A DNA stretch of 64,000 nt, taken from NCBI GenBank assembly GCA_022813865.1, contig JALDZX010000035.1, positions 124,001 through 188,000 on the forward strand, in the 5' to 3' direction. Positions 13,405 through 26,515 of this stretch are shown here, piece by piece. How positions within the stretch are numbered: position 1 is the stretch's first letter; each line of letters opens with the position of its first letter. The notes beneath the pieces were generated by a model, which did not search any database, was not told the origin of the DNA, and saw only the letters and a list, made by a program, of their open reading frames with translations. A program made the translations under genes and the position numbers. The DNA comes from Xylographa opegraphella. Lineage: Eukaryota.

Positions 13405-15474
13405 ATGGCTGGGCTGAAGCGATCGGCCGATGTAGATGGACGAACAAGTTTATCTACTGCTAAAACCAAGAAAGGACGGTCAAATGAGAAAATCTCGGCT
13501 TTGAGTGCGGAGTACATCGTGGACTCTGACAGCGATACATCAGCCAACAACGCGATATCAGCAGTAACAGCCCGGAACACTTCTAGCATACCTGTTCAAC
13601 GATCATCACAACCGCCTTTGACCAAAAGCTCCGCAAAGCCAGTTCCAAAAGCAACTCTTCCAATAAAGCGTAAGAGTCCTGACTCGAATGAAGATATTCC
13701 TGCAGCGAATAAAAAGCTCAAAACGTCGAGTACAAAGGGGCAAAATACGGAGAAATCCGAAGCCCCCAAGGAAAGGCTGAAGAACACCGCGCCCGCTGAA
13801 TCGCGTCCTGCAACTTCCAATCATCGAGAAAAGAAGGCCTCTGGATTTACTACAAACAGTTCTACCGGTCCCAATTCCAAAGCAAACGGTACATCAAAAT
13901 CAAAGCACGACGCTAAAAACACACCGAAGGCCAGAGCTCCAGTCCCAACTGCACTCCAGAACGGCGCGCACAATGACAGCAGCAGCGACGAAGAGGAGAG
14001 CGAGGCCGAACGGCGAAGGACAGGGAAGCTTACAAACCAGCTAGCAGTCCTCACAAACGGATCTGGCGTTTCAGTTTCTCAAAAGCCACATAGCTCACCA
14101 GAAGTCATACAGAAGGCTCCACCACGACCAAGCAAGCAACAAGACTCCGAGGCGCACACGATCAGCTCCGCAAGTGATGACAGCGGCGGTGAAAGAGAAC
14201 ATTCAGAGTCTGGAAGCGATAGTGAAAGCGAATCCAGCCAGAGCCAACAGAAGGCAACTTCGAAAAATCCTCCTCCTATAACTAAGCCCTCCGCCCCTCC
14301 TATTCCACAATACAAACCCCCCCCCGGCTTCACAACCGCCAGCAATACCTCTCACCCTTCATCTTCACCCAACTTCACAAGAGTCTTCTCCCAATCCAAC
14401 CTTGCATCAAAGCAGATATGGCACTTCACCCTTCCCGCCTCTGTTCCCGTTTCTGCCATCAAGTCAGTATCCATGGACAGCATTGAAAAAGGCACCTCCG
14501 CTTTCACCTACAAGGGTACAGATTACGCACTCATCAGCGATACCAGCCGCAAGCAAGCTACCACACATCTGCTGATCCCCACTGAGAATGGGAGCGAGTA
14601 CAAAGCCGCTCCGAGAAGCATAGCACGAACATTACACCTGCAGCAAGTATTACGACTACCTGACCTATCGAACGCGAAAGCGAAAAATACAAATGAAGCT
14701 CAGAGCAGCCAGGGAACAGGCGAATCACACAATATTTCAAGCCCGTTAACAATAAGGCTGCCCCCTCCAAACACACTCCACGAACAGCCCAAGGGCCTAA
14801 GGATGCGATACATACCCTTCGGCGACCAGAGCAACGACCCGATCAATCTCAGATTAGATTCCGACGAAGAGGGCGCCATGGATCTCGATACCGCCAGCCC
14901 GGCTAAATTCCGTATGCCAGCCGGCTACAGAGCAACCCTGCCACAAGAGACGCCCAGGCACGATGAAGCAGGCAGTTCCCAAGCCGAGAGACGTGAATCG
15001 CCGGTGAAGAAACGGAAGAAACACCGAAAGGAAAGGGAAGGGTCGAGCCAAGTGCCCGTCGCGTCACAGTCCTCGATCGCGGTACCTAACTCCCAAGTAG
15101 CCGACCCTGTGAGTCAACATAGGAAACACCGAAAGGATATGGAAGGGTCGAGCCAAGTGCCCGTCGCGTCACAGTCCTCGATAGCGATACCCAACTCGCA
15201 AGTAACCAACCCCAAAGATCAACGGAAGGAACACAAAAAGGATAGAGAAGCGTCGAGCCAAGTGACCGTTACATCACAGTCCTCGATAGCAATATCCAGC
15301 TCGCAGGCAGCCGACCCTGGGAACCACCTTGCAGAAGGCGCGGGCGCGGACGGTGGCTCGCGTAAGCATAACGGGGAGACGGCGGAGGAAGCAGCTAAGC
15401 GACGGGCAGAGCGGCAGAGGAGGAAGCAGGAACGGCGGAGGGAGAAGGCGGAAAGGGAGGGTGCTTCGTCATAG
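13405..15474 (+). CDS. RPA34: RNA polymerase I subunit RPA34/A34.5-like
   Basis: Intronless 689 aa. Family motifs YKPPPGF, KQIWHFTLPASVP, QPKGLRMRYIPFG. Low-complexity N-terminus and K/R-rich C-terminus. Confidence 0.82.
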   Translation: MAGLKRSADVDGRTSLSTAKTKKGRSNEKISALSAEYIVDSDSDTSANNAISAVTARNTSSIPVQRSSQPPLTKSSAKPVPKATLPIKRKSPDSNEDIPAANKKLKTSSTKGQNTEKSEAPKERLKNTAPAESRPATSNHREKKASGFTTNSSTGPNSKANGTSKSKHDAKNTPKARAPVPTALQNGAHNDSSSDEEESEAERRRTGKLTNQLAVLTNGSGVSVSQKPHSSPEVIQKAPPRPSKQQDSEAHTISSASDDSGGEREHSESGSDSESESSQSQQKATSKNPPPITKPSAPPIPQYKPPPGFTTASNTSHPSSSPNFTRVFSQSNLASKQIWHFTLPASVPVSAIKSVSMDSIEKGTSAFTYKGTDYALISDTSRKQATTHLLIPTENGSEYKAAPRSIARTLHLQQVLRLPDLSNAKAKNTNEAQSSQGTGESHNISSPLTIRLPPPNTLHEQPKGLRMRYIPFGDQSNDPINLRLDSDEEGAMDLDTASPAKFRMPAGYRATLPQETPRHDEAGSSQAERRESPVKKRKKHRKEREGSSQVPVASQSSIAVPNSQVADPVSQHRKHRKDMEGSSQVPVASQSSIAIPNSQVTNPKDQRKEHKKDREASSQVTVTSQSSIAISSSQAADPGNHLAEGAGADGGSRKHNGETAEEAAKRRAERQRRKQERRREKAEREGASS
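15016..15318 (+). repeat. Intragenic tandem repeat, 3 x 105 bp (35 aa)
   Basis: Units start at 15016, 15121 and 15226 and share the core GTCGAGCCAAGTG.CCGT..C.TCACAGTCCTCGAT.GC. Confidence 0.95.
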
Positions 15475-15612
15475 GTCGCAGCGACGCAACAGAGCTTTAT
15501 TTGCAATGGGTTCCTCACGCGCGTTAATTGGAAGTGATCGATGCCCCTTTCGGAGCCTGCGATAAAGCGTCTGTAACGTTCCATACAATTCTGCACTAAT
15601 ACCGCTGCTCAG

Positions 15613-16967
15613 CTAAGGCCTGTCCCTCTCCTCCCACTGCACGCCCACCCACTCTTCGACGTATCCAACAGCCCCAGCTTCGCCGCCCCCACAATCGGCG
15701 CTGCATACACCCAGTATCACATTTCCCCACTCCATGCCTTCCAGTCCCACCTCATTGACCTCCAGCTCCATGATCGCCTGTGGCGTCAATTGCATTTCGA
15801 ACACTCGGCCCGCCCCGCAATTTTGACAAGGTGGGAGCCCGATAGCAGCACTTCCGGTGCGATGTGCGGTGGCAATCTTGTTGTTGCCACCAGTGTTGTC
15901 GTGTCCTGCGAAATGGTGTTGGTGGGGCGCCACTAATATGCCAACCGGATCTGTTTTGGAGTAGAGGAGAGGGAAACCGCGGAACTCATAGCGTAGGACC
16001 TGCAATGGGTTCTGAGCCAAACGATCTGCGAAGCGCTGGAATGTCTTGTCGATGGTGGACTCGAATGTATCGGTGTCTTCTTTGGCGGAATTGGATGAGG
16101 CGCCGTTGGGTTCGTCGAGGTCCATCATTGTAGCCGATGGAATAGGCTGCTCAGAGACTTGGTCGAGAGTCTCGTAGTCGGCGTCGAGATGATAAGACGG
16201 GTAAGGCTGGGCCAGGCTAATATCTGATGGCCAAGGCTCCGGTGGTGGCTTGGGAGTTGAGGCTGTAATTGGTGGTGAGGAGAAACGGACTTTTTCAGCG
16301 AAATTATCCGGGAGTTTCGAAATATCTGAAGCTACTGGGTTGATAGATGCCGAGGGATTGGAAGAGCTCCCTGAGGAGGTAGAGACGGGGTTTGAGGAAA
16401 ACGGATTGTTATTTTGACTCATTGTAGGCGAAGAGAATGGATTCGTCTGCCCACTGACAGCGGAAGGTGGCGCTATCCCAAATATACTGCTTCCCAGATT
16501 CTGCAATGGCGCAGCGACTGGGGTTTGACTATGCACAGAGGTCTTCTGGGCTCTCTTATTTTTGGCACTCCGCGCAGTATCCGTAACTCTGACACTTCGG
16601 ATTGCTCTCATACTCCCCTCCTTCCTCCGACAAGTCCTGCGTTTGCAGCCAAACATGTGAAGACGCCGCTCATGACCGGGGAAGTATTCTGGTAGGTCGC
16701 CATGTAGCTGCAACAGGAGGGGCATATAGTCGTTGCAAATCTTGCATCTTGCAAGTGCAGCGGAGGGTGGTTGCGAAGGGTCAAGCCATATCTGAGGAGG
16801 TAATCAGCACATGGTCAAGTAGCTCGATGGAGTGGTCTAACCGGGCGCCCCCCCAGTTGACTTATGATGTCTCCGGTTGGCTCTTTGGAGGCATAACCGA
16901 GGAGAACATCAGTTGTTGTAAAACTCTCGGTGTCTTCGTCGGAAGAGTCGCTGTCTTGTGGCGCCAT
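15613..16967 (-). CDS. TSR4: PDCD2_C-domain protein, Tsr4/PDCD2L ribosomal protein uS5 chaperone
   Basis: MAPQDSDSSDED...VLLGYASKEP...SQLGGRP, one intron, then MPLLLQL.GDLP...HERRL..FGCKRRTC, FQRFADRLAQNPLQVLRYEF.G.PL, C.NCGA.RVFEMQL.P, GMEWG...C. Confidence 0.9.
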
Positions 16968-17436
16968 ATTGATTGGTACGAGTTACGACTCCTGGTGATA
17001 GGGTATATGTATTCAGCCTCGATATTGTCTTGTGTGTAGCAGCAAACTTAGATGTGTTCAGATAAAATTGTTCTCAGTGCTCTAACGTCTGGACTCTGAT
17101 TCGTCAGAGCTTATCCTGGCTCACGGATGATCGACAGCTACCGACCCACTACGCAACAAGCGAGCCCTAACATGTCTATCACAAGTTGTATCCCTCCATC
17201 GCAACTTAGACCCAGACCGATTTTTCCTGCTACTTGAGAAAACTCCATGATACACATAAATACTCTGTCAGCCCACTAGAAACATGAGACGCCATGATCA
17301 AAATCGAAGCCATCCACCTCTATCTACCACGCCATTCTCGGGACATCACAATTGTAGTGCCGACCAACTTCTCCTCCAGCAGCAGCAACGAATCATGCGG
17401 AAAGAATTCTCAAGCTTAATAAACCGCGTTCCTGAA

Positions 17437-17853
17437 TCAACCCTCGATATCTCTTGACAGCAGAACCGGATGACCAATCACGTCCAGCTCCTTAGGCACA
17501 GCACTCCCTCGTGACAGATTACCAACGTTCTCGACAGTCAGAAGGCGTGGCTGGTAGAACCAAGATTCCTCTCGGTACTGCATCAAGTGTTCCTGGTTCG
17601 GATCCCGAAAGCTCACAGCGTCTGTGTATTTCTTCGCAAGCTGCTTAAACGACCGACTGACAAGCCTAAACGATGAGAAGTCCTCGATAGCCAAACTGAG
17701 CAGTATGCGAAGCTGGAGCGAGCAAGGTAACGCCAGTATGAGCTCTCCCATACCAGATACGGGAGAGGAGTTTCCAGTTCGAGGCTTGTAGTAGTATTCA
17801 ATGTTGGCGATCCATCTGCTGACGTTCTGAGGTTTGCCATATATGGAAGGCAT
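17437..17853 (-). CDS. Small orphan ORF with an F-box-like motif (possibly a gene remnant)
   Basis: LILALPCSLQLRILLSLAIEDFSSFRLVSRSF resembles the F-box consensus. No other recognisable domain. Confidence 0.4.
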   Translation of the reverse strand: MPSIYGKPQNVSRWIANIEYYYKPRTGNSSPVSGMGELILALPCSLQLRILLSLAIEDFSSFRLVSRSFKQLAKKYTDAVSFRDPNQEHLMQYREESWFYQPRLLTVENVGNLSRGSAVPKELDVIGHPVLLSRDIEG

Positions 17854-18610
17854 ACTCTGTTTGAGGTGTTTGGAGGGCTGAAGCTAGCTGGTTGCTATTT
17901 ATCGGATGCTAAGATCGAAATGCTTTTGTCTTCTGAGATCAACTTGAGTTGGGTGGTACAAGAAGCAGGTTGTCATTCTCATACTAGAAGTACATAATGT
18001 TTGAAAGTGAATGTATTCTCAATACCCAGCGTACCCCTGCTGCGTCATTCACTGCATCTTGTCCAGTAATATTCACTGGGTCCCTCGGACATCGAATCCG
18101 AGGCCCTTGGAGCATGGTCCTAGCATCACACCAACACGAGGTACATATTCATAGCTTGGCATCAAAAGGAGGACGTCAGAGGAAAGACATTGGGGAGTGA
18201 AGTGCACAACAACGAACGCAGATCCTGAGTGAGAATACATGAACGTATCCCGAATGTAATAATTCTGGTTGTTTGACTTCTCCAATCTTGTCAAGACGTC
18301 CAACACCCTGGTGTCCATCGGTAGACGGAATCGACTTGTACACATGAGATTGCTGGATAGGTTTCAACAGACAATCAGTAAATGGATGCAGAGAATGGAT
18401 GAATACGGTATGCTTCGAAAACGATGAACGATAAATAAGCGACTTTGGGAGGCCCGGTGAAATTAGATCAGCAGGGCGATACATAACCACACAAACTTCT
18501 AGAGGAACACCTGAAGCATAGCTCAATAAGCAGAAAAGAATTCATTTTCGAGCCTCACCCAACGCCAACGCTCAATGCCTATGCAACATATCTCATAACC
18601 ATGCCGCGCC

Positions 18611-21600
18611 CTACCTCACAGACTTTCTCGACCCTCTCCGCATCTGCTCCGCTTTCTTAACCAAGCTCGCCTGTAGCTTTTTCTGTACAGCCCACTCCGC
18701 CTGCATTCTCCGCAACCGAACGCCAGCAATCACCATCAGACCCACAGCCCTCAGACTAGGCCGCTTCTCGCGAGTTTTCCTGTCTGGCGTGACACCCATC
18801 TCCTCAAGCATATGCAAGTCCACATTATTACTATTTCAGGTTAGTCGCAGGTGGGAGCCGAATCGGAGTCGAACAGAAAAAACATACCAAGCTTCAAACA
18901 TCTCGATCTGCAGAAGCAAGAACTTCTTCTCGTAAGCCAATCCCCTTCGGAAGCCCTCCTCCCTCTTACATTTGGCCCTTAACCAGTGTATCTGTTTCGC
19001 TAGACCTTTCAGTTCGCCTTGATGCCTCTTGTCCGTTTTCTGAATTTCCGCTTCCAGCTCCTGCAGCTGCGTGGATTCCGCTCCGGCATGAACACTGCTC
19101 ACCGACATATTGGGAAACCGCACTTTCGAGACAATTGATCTCCGCTCTTCCTCCCAAGCTTGCTGCTGGTGCACCATTTCGTCGAGCTTTTGCTCGAACC
19201 GTAGCTGCAGGTTATCTAGCTCTGTCGACAGTGCTCCAGATTTCTGTATCTGCAAAGTTCTCTCTTGACGAATACGTTTCAGTTGAGCGCGAAGATCCTT
19301 TTCTCGAACAGCAGCGGCCTGCAGTCGTGTTTCTGCGTCGCTCACTTGCACCAGTAAATCTTCCGCTTCGAGCTTTGCATCTTTCAGCATTTCATGAAGA
19401 TCTTTCCGCTCTTCCGCAATGGTACGATCATCAGATTGGTTTAAGCGGGCTGATTGGATGTCCTTCTCTAGGCGTTGTACTCGAATTCGCAGCCTGTTAC
19501 TAGTCTTCTCTGCTGTCTCGAGTTGGGACTGTTGCTCAGCCTTTTGAATCTCAAGACTAGTGATCTGCTGCTCCAGCTGAAAGTTTTGCTCCTCAAACGC
19601 CTCGGTTTGTTGGCGGAGACTCTTGTCAGAAGAAGCCACTTTGCGCTGCGATTCTCGTTCCACGTCTTTCATCTTCTGTCGTAATTCTTTCATTTGCTGA
19701 TGTGCGTCGGCGAGCTGATGCCTGACTTCACCTAGCTCGGCCTTGCGTGCAGAGTTGTTTGGTAATGAGAGTGGAGATTCAGCTGCCAGTTTGGACACTT
19801 CTGACTCATGGATTTGGCGTTCAAGATCTTCTACCTGCCGCTTCAGCTGACGAATATTGTCTTTCTGCATCGCTTCTCGTTGCAGATAGTCCGTCTCTCT
19901 ATTGCGCAAATTCGACACATCTTGACGGAGGACTACCAGTTCGCTATTCTCAACCTCACCAGCAGCTGCCGAAGAGCGCAAAAGCTCGAGATCGTTCTCG
20001 GAATTTGTCAGCTGTCTCCGCAACTCTTGCTTCTCTTCGTGCAAGCGCTTCAATTGGTTATCTAGATCACGCAGTTTTGAATCCATCTGCTCCGTCGTCC
20101 CGTGTCCTGCTCGAATATCATCTTGATATCTTCTGATTTCTGCCAAAGCGTCTGCATTGGACGCCTCTGAACGCGAAAGATCTTGCTTGGACGCTTGGAG
20201 TTGAAGCCGAATTCCATCATTTTCCTGTCTTACAGATGCTATATCTTGACTAGCTCGTTCTGCCTCTTCATCTAAAGCAATCTGCAAGACATCAATTTCA
20301 TCCTCGAGCGCCTGTATCTTTTCTTCCGCAGTAGCCTGATTTCGAGCGCCTACGCGCAACTCCTCCTTGAGCCGAAGGATCTCTAACCTATTTTCGTCCA
20401 AGGTTTGTCGTTTGTTGGCCAAGTCATCTTGTGATTCTTTGATCTGCCGACTCAGTAGCGCTTCTTCGCCTAAATGCCGCTGCTTTTCGCTTTCTAAAGC
20501 CTCATGCAGTCTTAGTTCACGACCGGAAAGCGTACCCTCGCTCTCATGAAGCTTATCGACTGTCCGCTGTAGTCCTTTCGCTTTCTGCTCGGCCTTTTCT
20601 ATTTGCATTTGGAGTTCCTTCTTGAGATCATTCCAGTATTCTTCCTTTGCTACAAAGGTGCTTCGCTCGTCCTCAAGGTCTCGTCTTAGAGTATTCAGAG
20701 CTTTAGACATCTCTTCCACCCTCTCCTTAGCCTCACTCCGTAACGCTAACTCGTTATCCAATGAATGCTGCTTTTCATGTTCTAAACTCTGCTGAAGTTC
20801 GTGAATCTGAGCCTGAGATTGTGACAATTCTCGTTGCAAGCTTTGCAACTCCGTTTTCAAAGCGTCATGGCGGTTCTGCAGTACGTCTCTATCTTCGGTT
20901 CTCCTTTGGAGATCTTTGGTGATGCTCTGCACTTGGTCCATGGAGGCGGTACTTTGCCGTGAAGCAACATCGCGTTCATTACGTAGTAACTCGTTGGTGT
21001 CCTTTAATCTCTGCTCGCGGACTTCGGACTCCCCCTGGGCATCGTGCATTGCATCTTCCAGCCGTTGCAAGTCGCGAGTTTTATTGTCGAGCCGTTGTTG
21101 GACTTCAATGTGTTCTTCGCGAAGACTACCAAGCTCGTCTTCAAGTTTATTAGCTTTTTCCTCGATCTGCCTACTGAGGCCTTTGGTTGTGAAAGATTTG
21201 TTGGCCATTTCGTCCCGTAGCTATTATACAGTCAGCGCCAGCGCTTGTGAAAGTATCGTCAATTGTCTTTCGTATACCTCATTAAGGTCGTCTTCCGCGC
21301 TTTGTCGTTCTTCTTCCGCTTTCTGTCGCTCCTCCTCCGCTGCTTGGCGCTCTCCATTGGCTTCCTCAGCTTCCGCCCTTGCACGCGCGGCGTCTCGTCT
21401 TAAATCTTCAGCTGTCTCGCGTAATTCTCGAAGTTCTTCCATATCTTCGTCTACACTTGCAAGCTGTTCCCGGAGATCAGTGATCGTGTCGCGAGCTTGA
21501 TTCGCCTTCTCATCAAGCTCCTCTTCCTTTGCCTCCAGTTCACGATCTTTTTCTCGGATATCCGCTTCAAGGTCCTCGATCTGCTCCTTGAACTTTCCCT

Positions 21601-22577
21601 CCACGCTTGTATCTCCTTTTGCGTCTTGCAAGTGACGCAGCAAGTCATCAATCTGACGTTCTTGATCGTCACAACGTTTCTGCAACGATTCTCGTTCTTT
21701 TTGCGCGGCTTTTTCGTCCTTCGTGCGTATTCGCTTCTGCTCCATGTCCTGTAAGCTTATCCTGTAATTCTCCAGGTCCCGCTCAGCTTGAATCAGGATT
21801 TTTCTTGTCCTTGAAAGCTCTTTCTGCATTGTGACCTTGTCGACCTTAAGCTCAGTGTTCTCTTTCAGAGCAGCTTGATGGAAGTCAGGCGCAGACTTTC
21901 GTAGCGATTCTTCAAGATAGTGGATCTTCAGTTTGAGCCCGAAGTTTTCTTTCTCGATTTTGTCAATCATCTGACACAACGTTAGCAAGTTAGATAGCGG
22001 TAATTCAGATAAACGAGACTCATCTCACGTTTTCCTGTTCGCGTAAGGTCATCATGTTCCCCTGATCCTGCAGAACCCCATTACCGTCCCTTTTGGGTAA
22101 TACTGGCATGGGAGTCGATTGCGCACTACTGCTTGCGATTTCAGGCAGTGCTGTGACATCCTCTGCCGCCGCAACGTCACTCCTGGTCTCATCTCCGTAG
22201 AGTAGAGAGCTCTCGGGCGCCTGAAGTGCTGGACTGTCCTTTGCTCGATACCCTGGTTTAAGGAATGCGGGGGTCTGCGGCACCGCATTCTCCTTTCCCA
22301 ATTTACTTGCATTCTTTTTCGCGACACTCTTCAGCAGGGGCGTAAACTCGGCCTGAGCTTGAGCTATAGGAAGATTCCACCGATCTGCGAATGGGGCGCG
22401 CATGCGCGGGGTCTTGAGTGTTGTGCCGCGGTGATTACGTAGTTGTGTGAGCAGATCACCTTGCTTTTTGACTGGTGAGAGAAAGGAATTTTCGACAGAG
22501 AGAGCTTCAATGTTGTGGCCATTGTCAAGGTAGGTAGCGTTGCCAGCATCCGTCCGCGGTGTATCGACGAAGGCCAT
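18611..22577 (-). CDS. PCP1: Spindle pole body pericentrin-like protein (Pcp1/Spc110/PcpA) with CM1 and PACT domains
   Basis: CM1 motif MTLREQEN-MIDKIEKENFGLKLKIHYLEESL; long coiled coil; PACT ELKGLAKQIHWLRAKCKREEGFR..LAYEKKFL and calmodulin-binding-like RPSLRAVGLMVIA.VRLRR. Three introns. Confidence 0.92.
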
Positions 22578-22908
22578 TGCACCGGAGGTATTATCTCATG
22601 AGTAAGTGTCTCCAAAATGCTGGACATAAGTTCAATACACCTAAGAAGAGGGTTCAAGCATTCGGTAGTTATGGTAATGATAACAATAATAAACGACCAT
22701 CGCGTAGATATTGTTCATTTGTTTACTTGCTGACCGAGCCAGTAGGGCTGCTAGTGTCCAGTCCACGGCCCAAGCTTCAACTAGTCTAGCGAGAACGCTA
22801 AACAGGAGTCCCTAATTGCAAACCATCATGGACCACTCCGTAAGATAGGGAGGGATTGAGGCTTTGAATTTTATACAGCTTTCCGCAAAGAGTCGGCGTC
22901 TGAAATAC

Positions 22909-24302
22909 TCAATATGCTCTCTTTGGTGCTCGTAAGGACCGCGCCAGCGCATTGGAGCAAGTCGCTGGCGGTCTTATCGCCGACTGGCTACAATGGCAAC
23001 GACATCCTATCCCACCATGCTGTTCCTTGTCCCAAAAGTCTGAACCCAGCTTACCTGAGCCAGGAAGCTGTCCCCCCAAAGCATTCGCAGGACATGTCTG
23101 ATAGACCTCGTGTAGATAGCCAATGTCTTCAAACCAGTGCATTTGCTGCGGTTTCAATAATAGGGCAGCAGCAAGTGAATGTACGGGCGCATCGCCCCAC
23201 TGTTTTCTATCAACTAAGGAAGCGGAAATTTGAAGCGCACGACTTACCCGCTCGAAATAAAAACCTCCTAGCTCATCAAGCATAGCGAAGAAGCCCATGT
23301 ATTCCTTGCTCCGAAACCAATCCATGTCGGCGATCTCAAAGTTACTCCAGTAGTGACACCAGTTCCAGCCGTCGCCATGCGAGTCGCGCCCGCGGAGCCA
23401 GCTCAGCAACGGCCTCAGGGGAAATGGGGCCCATGACGCATCCACGAATGATTTCCAAAGATCGCTAGAGGGTAATTTGAGTCTCTCCTTGTACCTAGCA
23501 ACTTGATAGAAGAGGCTCGGGGCAGTCTCGCCACGCTCCCAAAGGGCCATTGTGTAACCATAGACCTTTTTAGCTTTGGTCATCATCACGAACGGGTCAC
23601 TGTCAGAGGTTATAATATGCTCACACGGCTTCCATGGTGCTTACTAGGTTATAGAACATAGAAACTCTACATCTGGCTCTACCCGCCAATACCATTTGTA
23701 GGGTTTCAGCGCTGGATGGTTGAAAAACATCCTGGGTTCATTAGCTGACGGATTTGGATCATCATAATGGCATACCCAGAATTAAATCTGCACATATGAT
23801 GATAGCTTTCGAGAGCTCCATAAATCAGCCCCTTTTGTCTCGCAACAGCCGCTTTAGCAGCCCGAACGTCCATCCACTCCGGAAATCCCCACATGCTACT
23901 ATCTATTACTTCGAATTTCACCTCGCCACTTGCTATGGGTGTGAGGGCGTCAATGAAGGCAATATCCCATGGTACATCATTCAGAAAGACAATTGGATAC
24001 TTAAACCATCGATTGAACTGTCTCTCGATGGATTCGATCGATCTTATGGCACCGCGTACTTCACTATTGCGTGCCAGCATAACAATAGTAGCATTTGCTC
24101 GTGGCGCACGCACGTCCGGCTCAAGGCATTGAGTTGCAAAAGGTACATCAATGGATTTTCTTAGGGGTGTGACACGTAGATTACGCATATGAAGACAGAC
24201 CTCGAGAAATAATACAGTTGTAACAGAGATGATGAAGTAGATTTTGCGCCTGGAGAGCCTGAAGCGACGGCCACCGATGTGAATGGCGTTATTCCTGAAC
24301 AT
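22909..24302 (-). CDS. GT15 alpha-1,2-mannosyltransferase (KRE2/KTR family)
   Basis: N-terminal TM; NATIVMLARNSE, FNRWFKYP.VFLND, ESYHHMCRFNSG, CHYWSNFEIADMDWFRS, GGFYFER-WGDAPVHSLA. Confidence 0.95.
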
Positions 24303-24517
24303 AGTTTAAAGCACACAGGACTTTAGCAGCAAAGACTCGAAGCCTCCAATTACGAAGACTGCATTTTGTGTTGGAGTACTCGTTGAGAACTTCCAAGGGG
24401 ACGATAAGTATCTTAGCTCCTATTTATGCAAGTTTGACGCTATTCTGCTTTAGGACAGCACTTTACCACGATTTTCAGGCGGGAAACTTTTTCAGACCGG
24501 CGGAATTATCCAGGACC

Positions 24518-26515
24518 ATGGAAAATGTTGCCGACGACTTTGGAGGCTTAGGCAAAGGCTTCCAGGAGTTCCCGAGACGGCTGCCAGATGACTGTGTAGA
24601 ATATAGTATGTATGTGCTGGATCAGCCATTAAAGGACGCCGAGATCCGGGAGAGGCTCCGAAGTGTGCTGTCCGTCGCCAATACTTTGACAAGAAAACTA
24701 TTGAAAGATTTTATATGGCAAAGAGAGGGCTTTGCACTCGAGCTTGTTCGTGAAGATGGTAACGTATTGAACTATTCATCGTCTCCCCTCGGACCGCCTG
24801 ATGATCTGTCGGTTAGGCATTAGTTCTCTCCAAGGGAGGACTAATTATGGCGACTCCATCCAAGATGAATGGCTTATTGTCTATATATTGCGGGAACTAA
24901 GCAAGCAGTTTCAAGACATATGGGTCAAGGTCGTAGATACTGATGGAGAATTCCTGCTCATCGAAGCAGCAAACTCTATTCCGCGGTGGCTAAACCCAGA
25001 GATAGCAGATAATAGAGTGAGAGCGCTGCACTCTGCTTTGACCTTTTCTGAGATGCTCTATAGGTATGGATAAACCGTGGTCAGCTGTTCATCATCCCCA
25101 TGGCTGGTGCGACCGACCGACCAGGGAGATCCAATGTTGATTGTCGCGCATTGACGGTGAAGGAGGCATGCACCTGCATCGGAGAGGCCCGTTCGCAGCT
25201 TTTACACTCCCCAACCATCGACGCAGATGCTTTTTATCGCCTCCGGAATTATCCTCACCAAATTAACGGTAGCCTCCACAATGCTGTGGTTCATGTTCCT
25301 AGAAAGCTTGCCTACGTGTTGCATTCAAAAGCAGCTTACATTTGTCCGGCAGTGGAGGCTTTCTATTTACGGGACCCAATAGCATTGCGGCCCTTGCAAG
25401 CTCAAAATCAGAGTGACCTTGTATTTCCACCTAAAGATCTCGTCACCATGGTTGTAAAATTTACCAAAGTGGGTTTTGCACAAGTCAAGAGCCAGCGATT
25501 CTCTCCGCCTACCACTTGGATCTCGGTTGTGTCAGCGACGAAGGACGAACGGTTAAGGGCGAAAACCGAGATAGGAATGAAAATTACCAGTGGCTTCGAG
25601 ATGCTTATATCTGATCCTCAGAATCAAGATCGCAAAGTTGTGAGAGAGATCAAACTCCTGCTTGAGGATTTAGATTCAGGTGAGGCTCAGCTACCATCTG
25701 ATATCGAGATATCTCATTGGAGTATGGTGGAAGATGATGAAGCCTGGCTAGATGTGAATTTTGAAGACTTTGAGAATGAGTTATCTGGTACAAGGCGAGG
25801 ACAAGGGGCTTCTGGCCCCGGCTTCGGCGACAAATCTGCACAAGAAGACCTTCAAAAAATGGTTGCACGATTCAAAGATTTCCTGGATGACGACGCAGCA
25901 GGAAGCGAAGGTGCTGAGTTTCTCGATGATATGGACAACGACAACGACAACGATGGAGAGGAAGAGGAAGACGACGGTCATGTTTCGGCAGACACTGGTA
26001 GTGAAGAGGACGGGGCAATCGATTTTGACGAAGATAAGTTTGCGACCATGATGAGGGAAATGATGGGGATGCCACCCGGAACGGAACCTGGTCAGAGGAA
26101 CACAAATAAAGGCACTCGAGCACGTATTGTAGGCGATGTCCGTGCGAGTGGCGTCAATTACTCTGCTAGAGAGGAAGAACTAGAAGTTTTCCGCCTTTCA
26201 CAAGCAATGGAAGCCGAACTCAAGGCGGCTGGTGCACTGCAGCTAGATTCTGTCGCGCACGGAAGCGGCCTGAACGGGATCAAAAACGAGTTCCAGGGTG
26301 GAAGAGGAACGGCAGCAGAGGAGGGAGACTCCGAGGATGAAAACGACAACGATGGAGACCTTAACATCGACTTCAACCTTGCAAAGAACCTGCTCGAGAG
26401 CTTCAAGGGCCAGGGGGGCGCTGCGGGCCCTGGGTCAAGTATAATGGGTATGCGCCTGCCTCGCGACGAAGATTGTGCGACCCCACACGATCAATCCACC
26501 GCAGATTTGCGATAA
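24518..26515 (+). CDS. SGT1/Ecdysoneless family protein
   Basis: LPDDCVEY, FIWQREGFAL, GRTNYGDSIQDEWLIVYILRELS, DTDGEFLLIEAA..IPRWLNPE...NR, AVEAFYLRDP, DFNLAKNLLESFKGQ.G.AGP. Two introns. Confidence 0.92.

Noticed and set aside
17540..17610. T-loop-like GGTTCGGATCCC
   Set aside because: No cloverleaf can be built, and it lies antisense within the F-box-like ORF.
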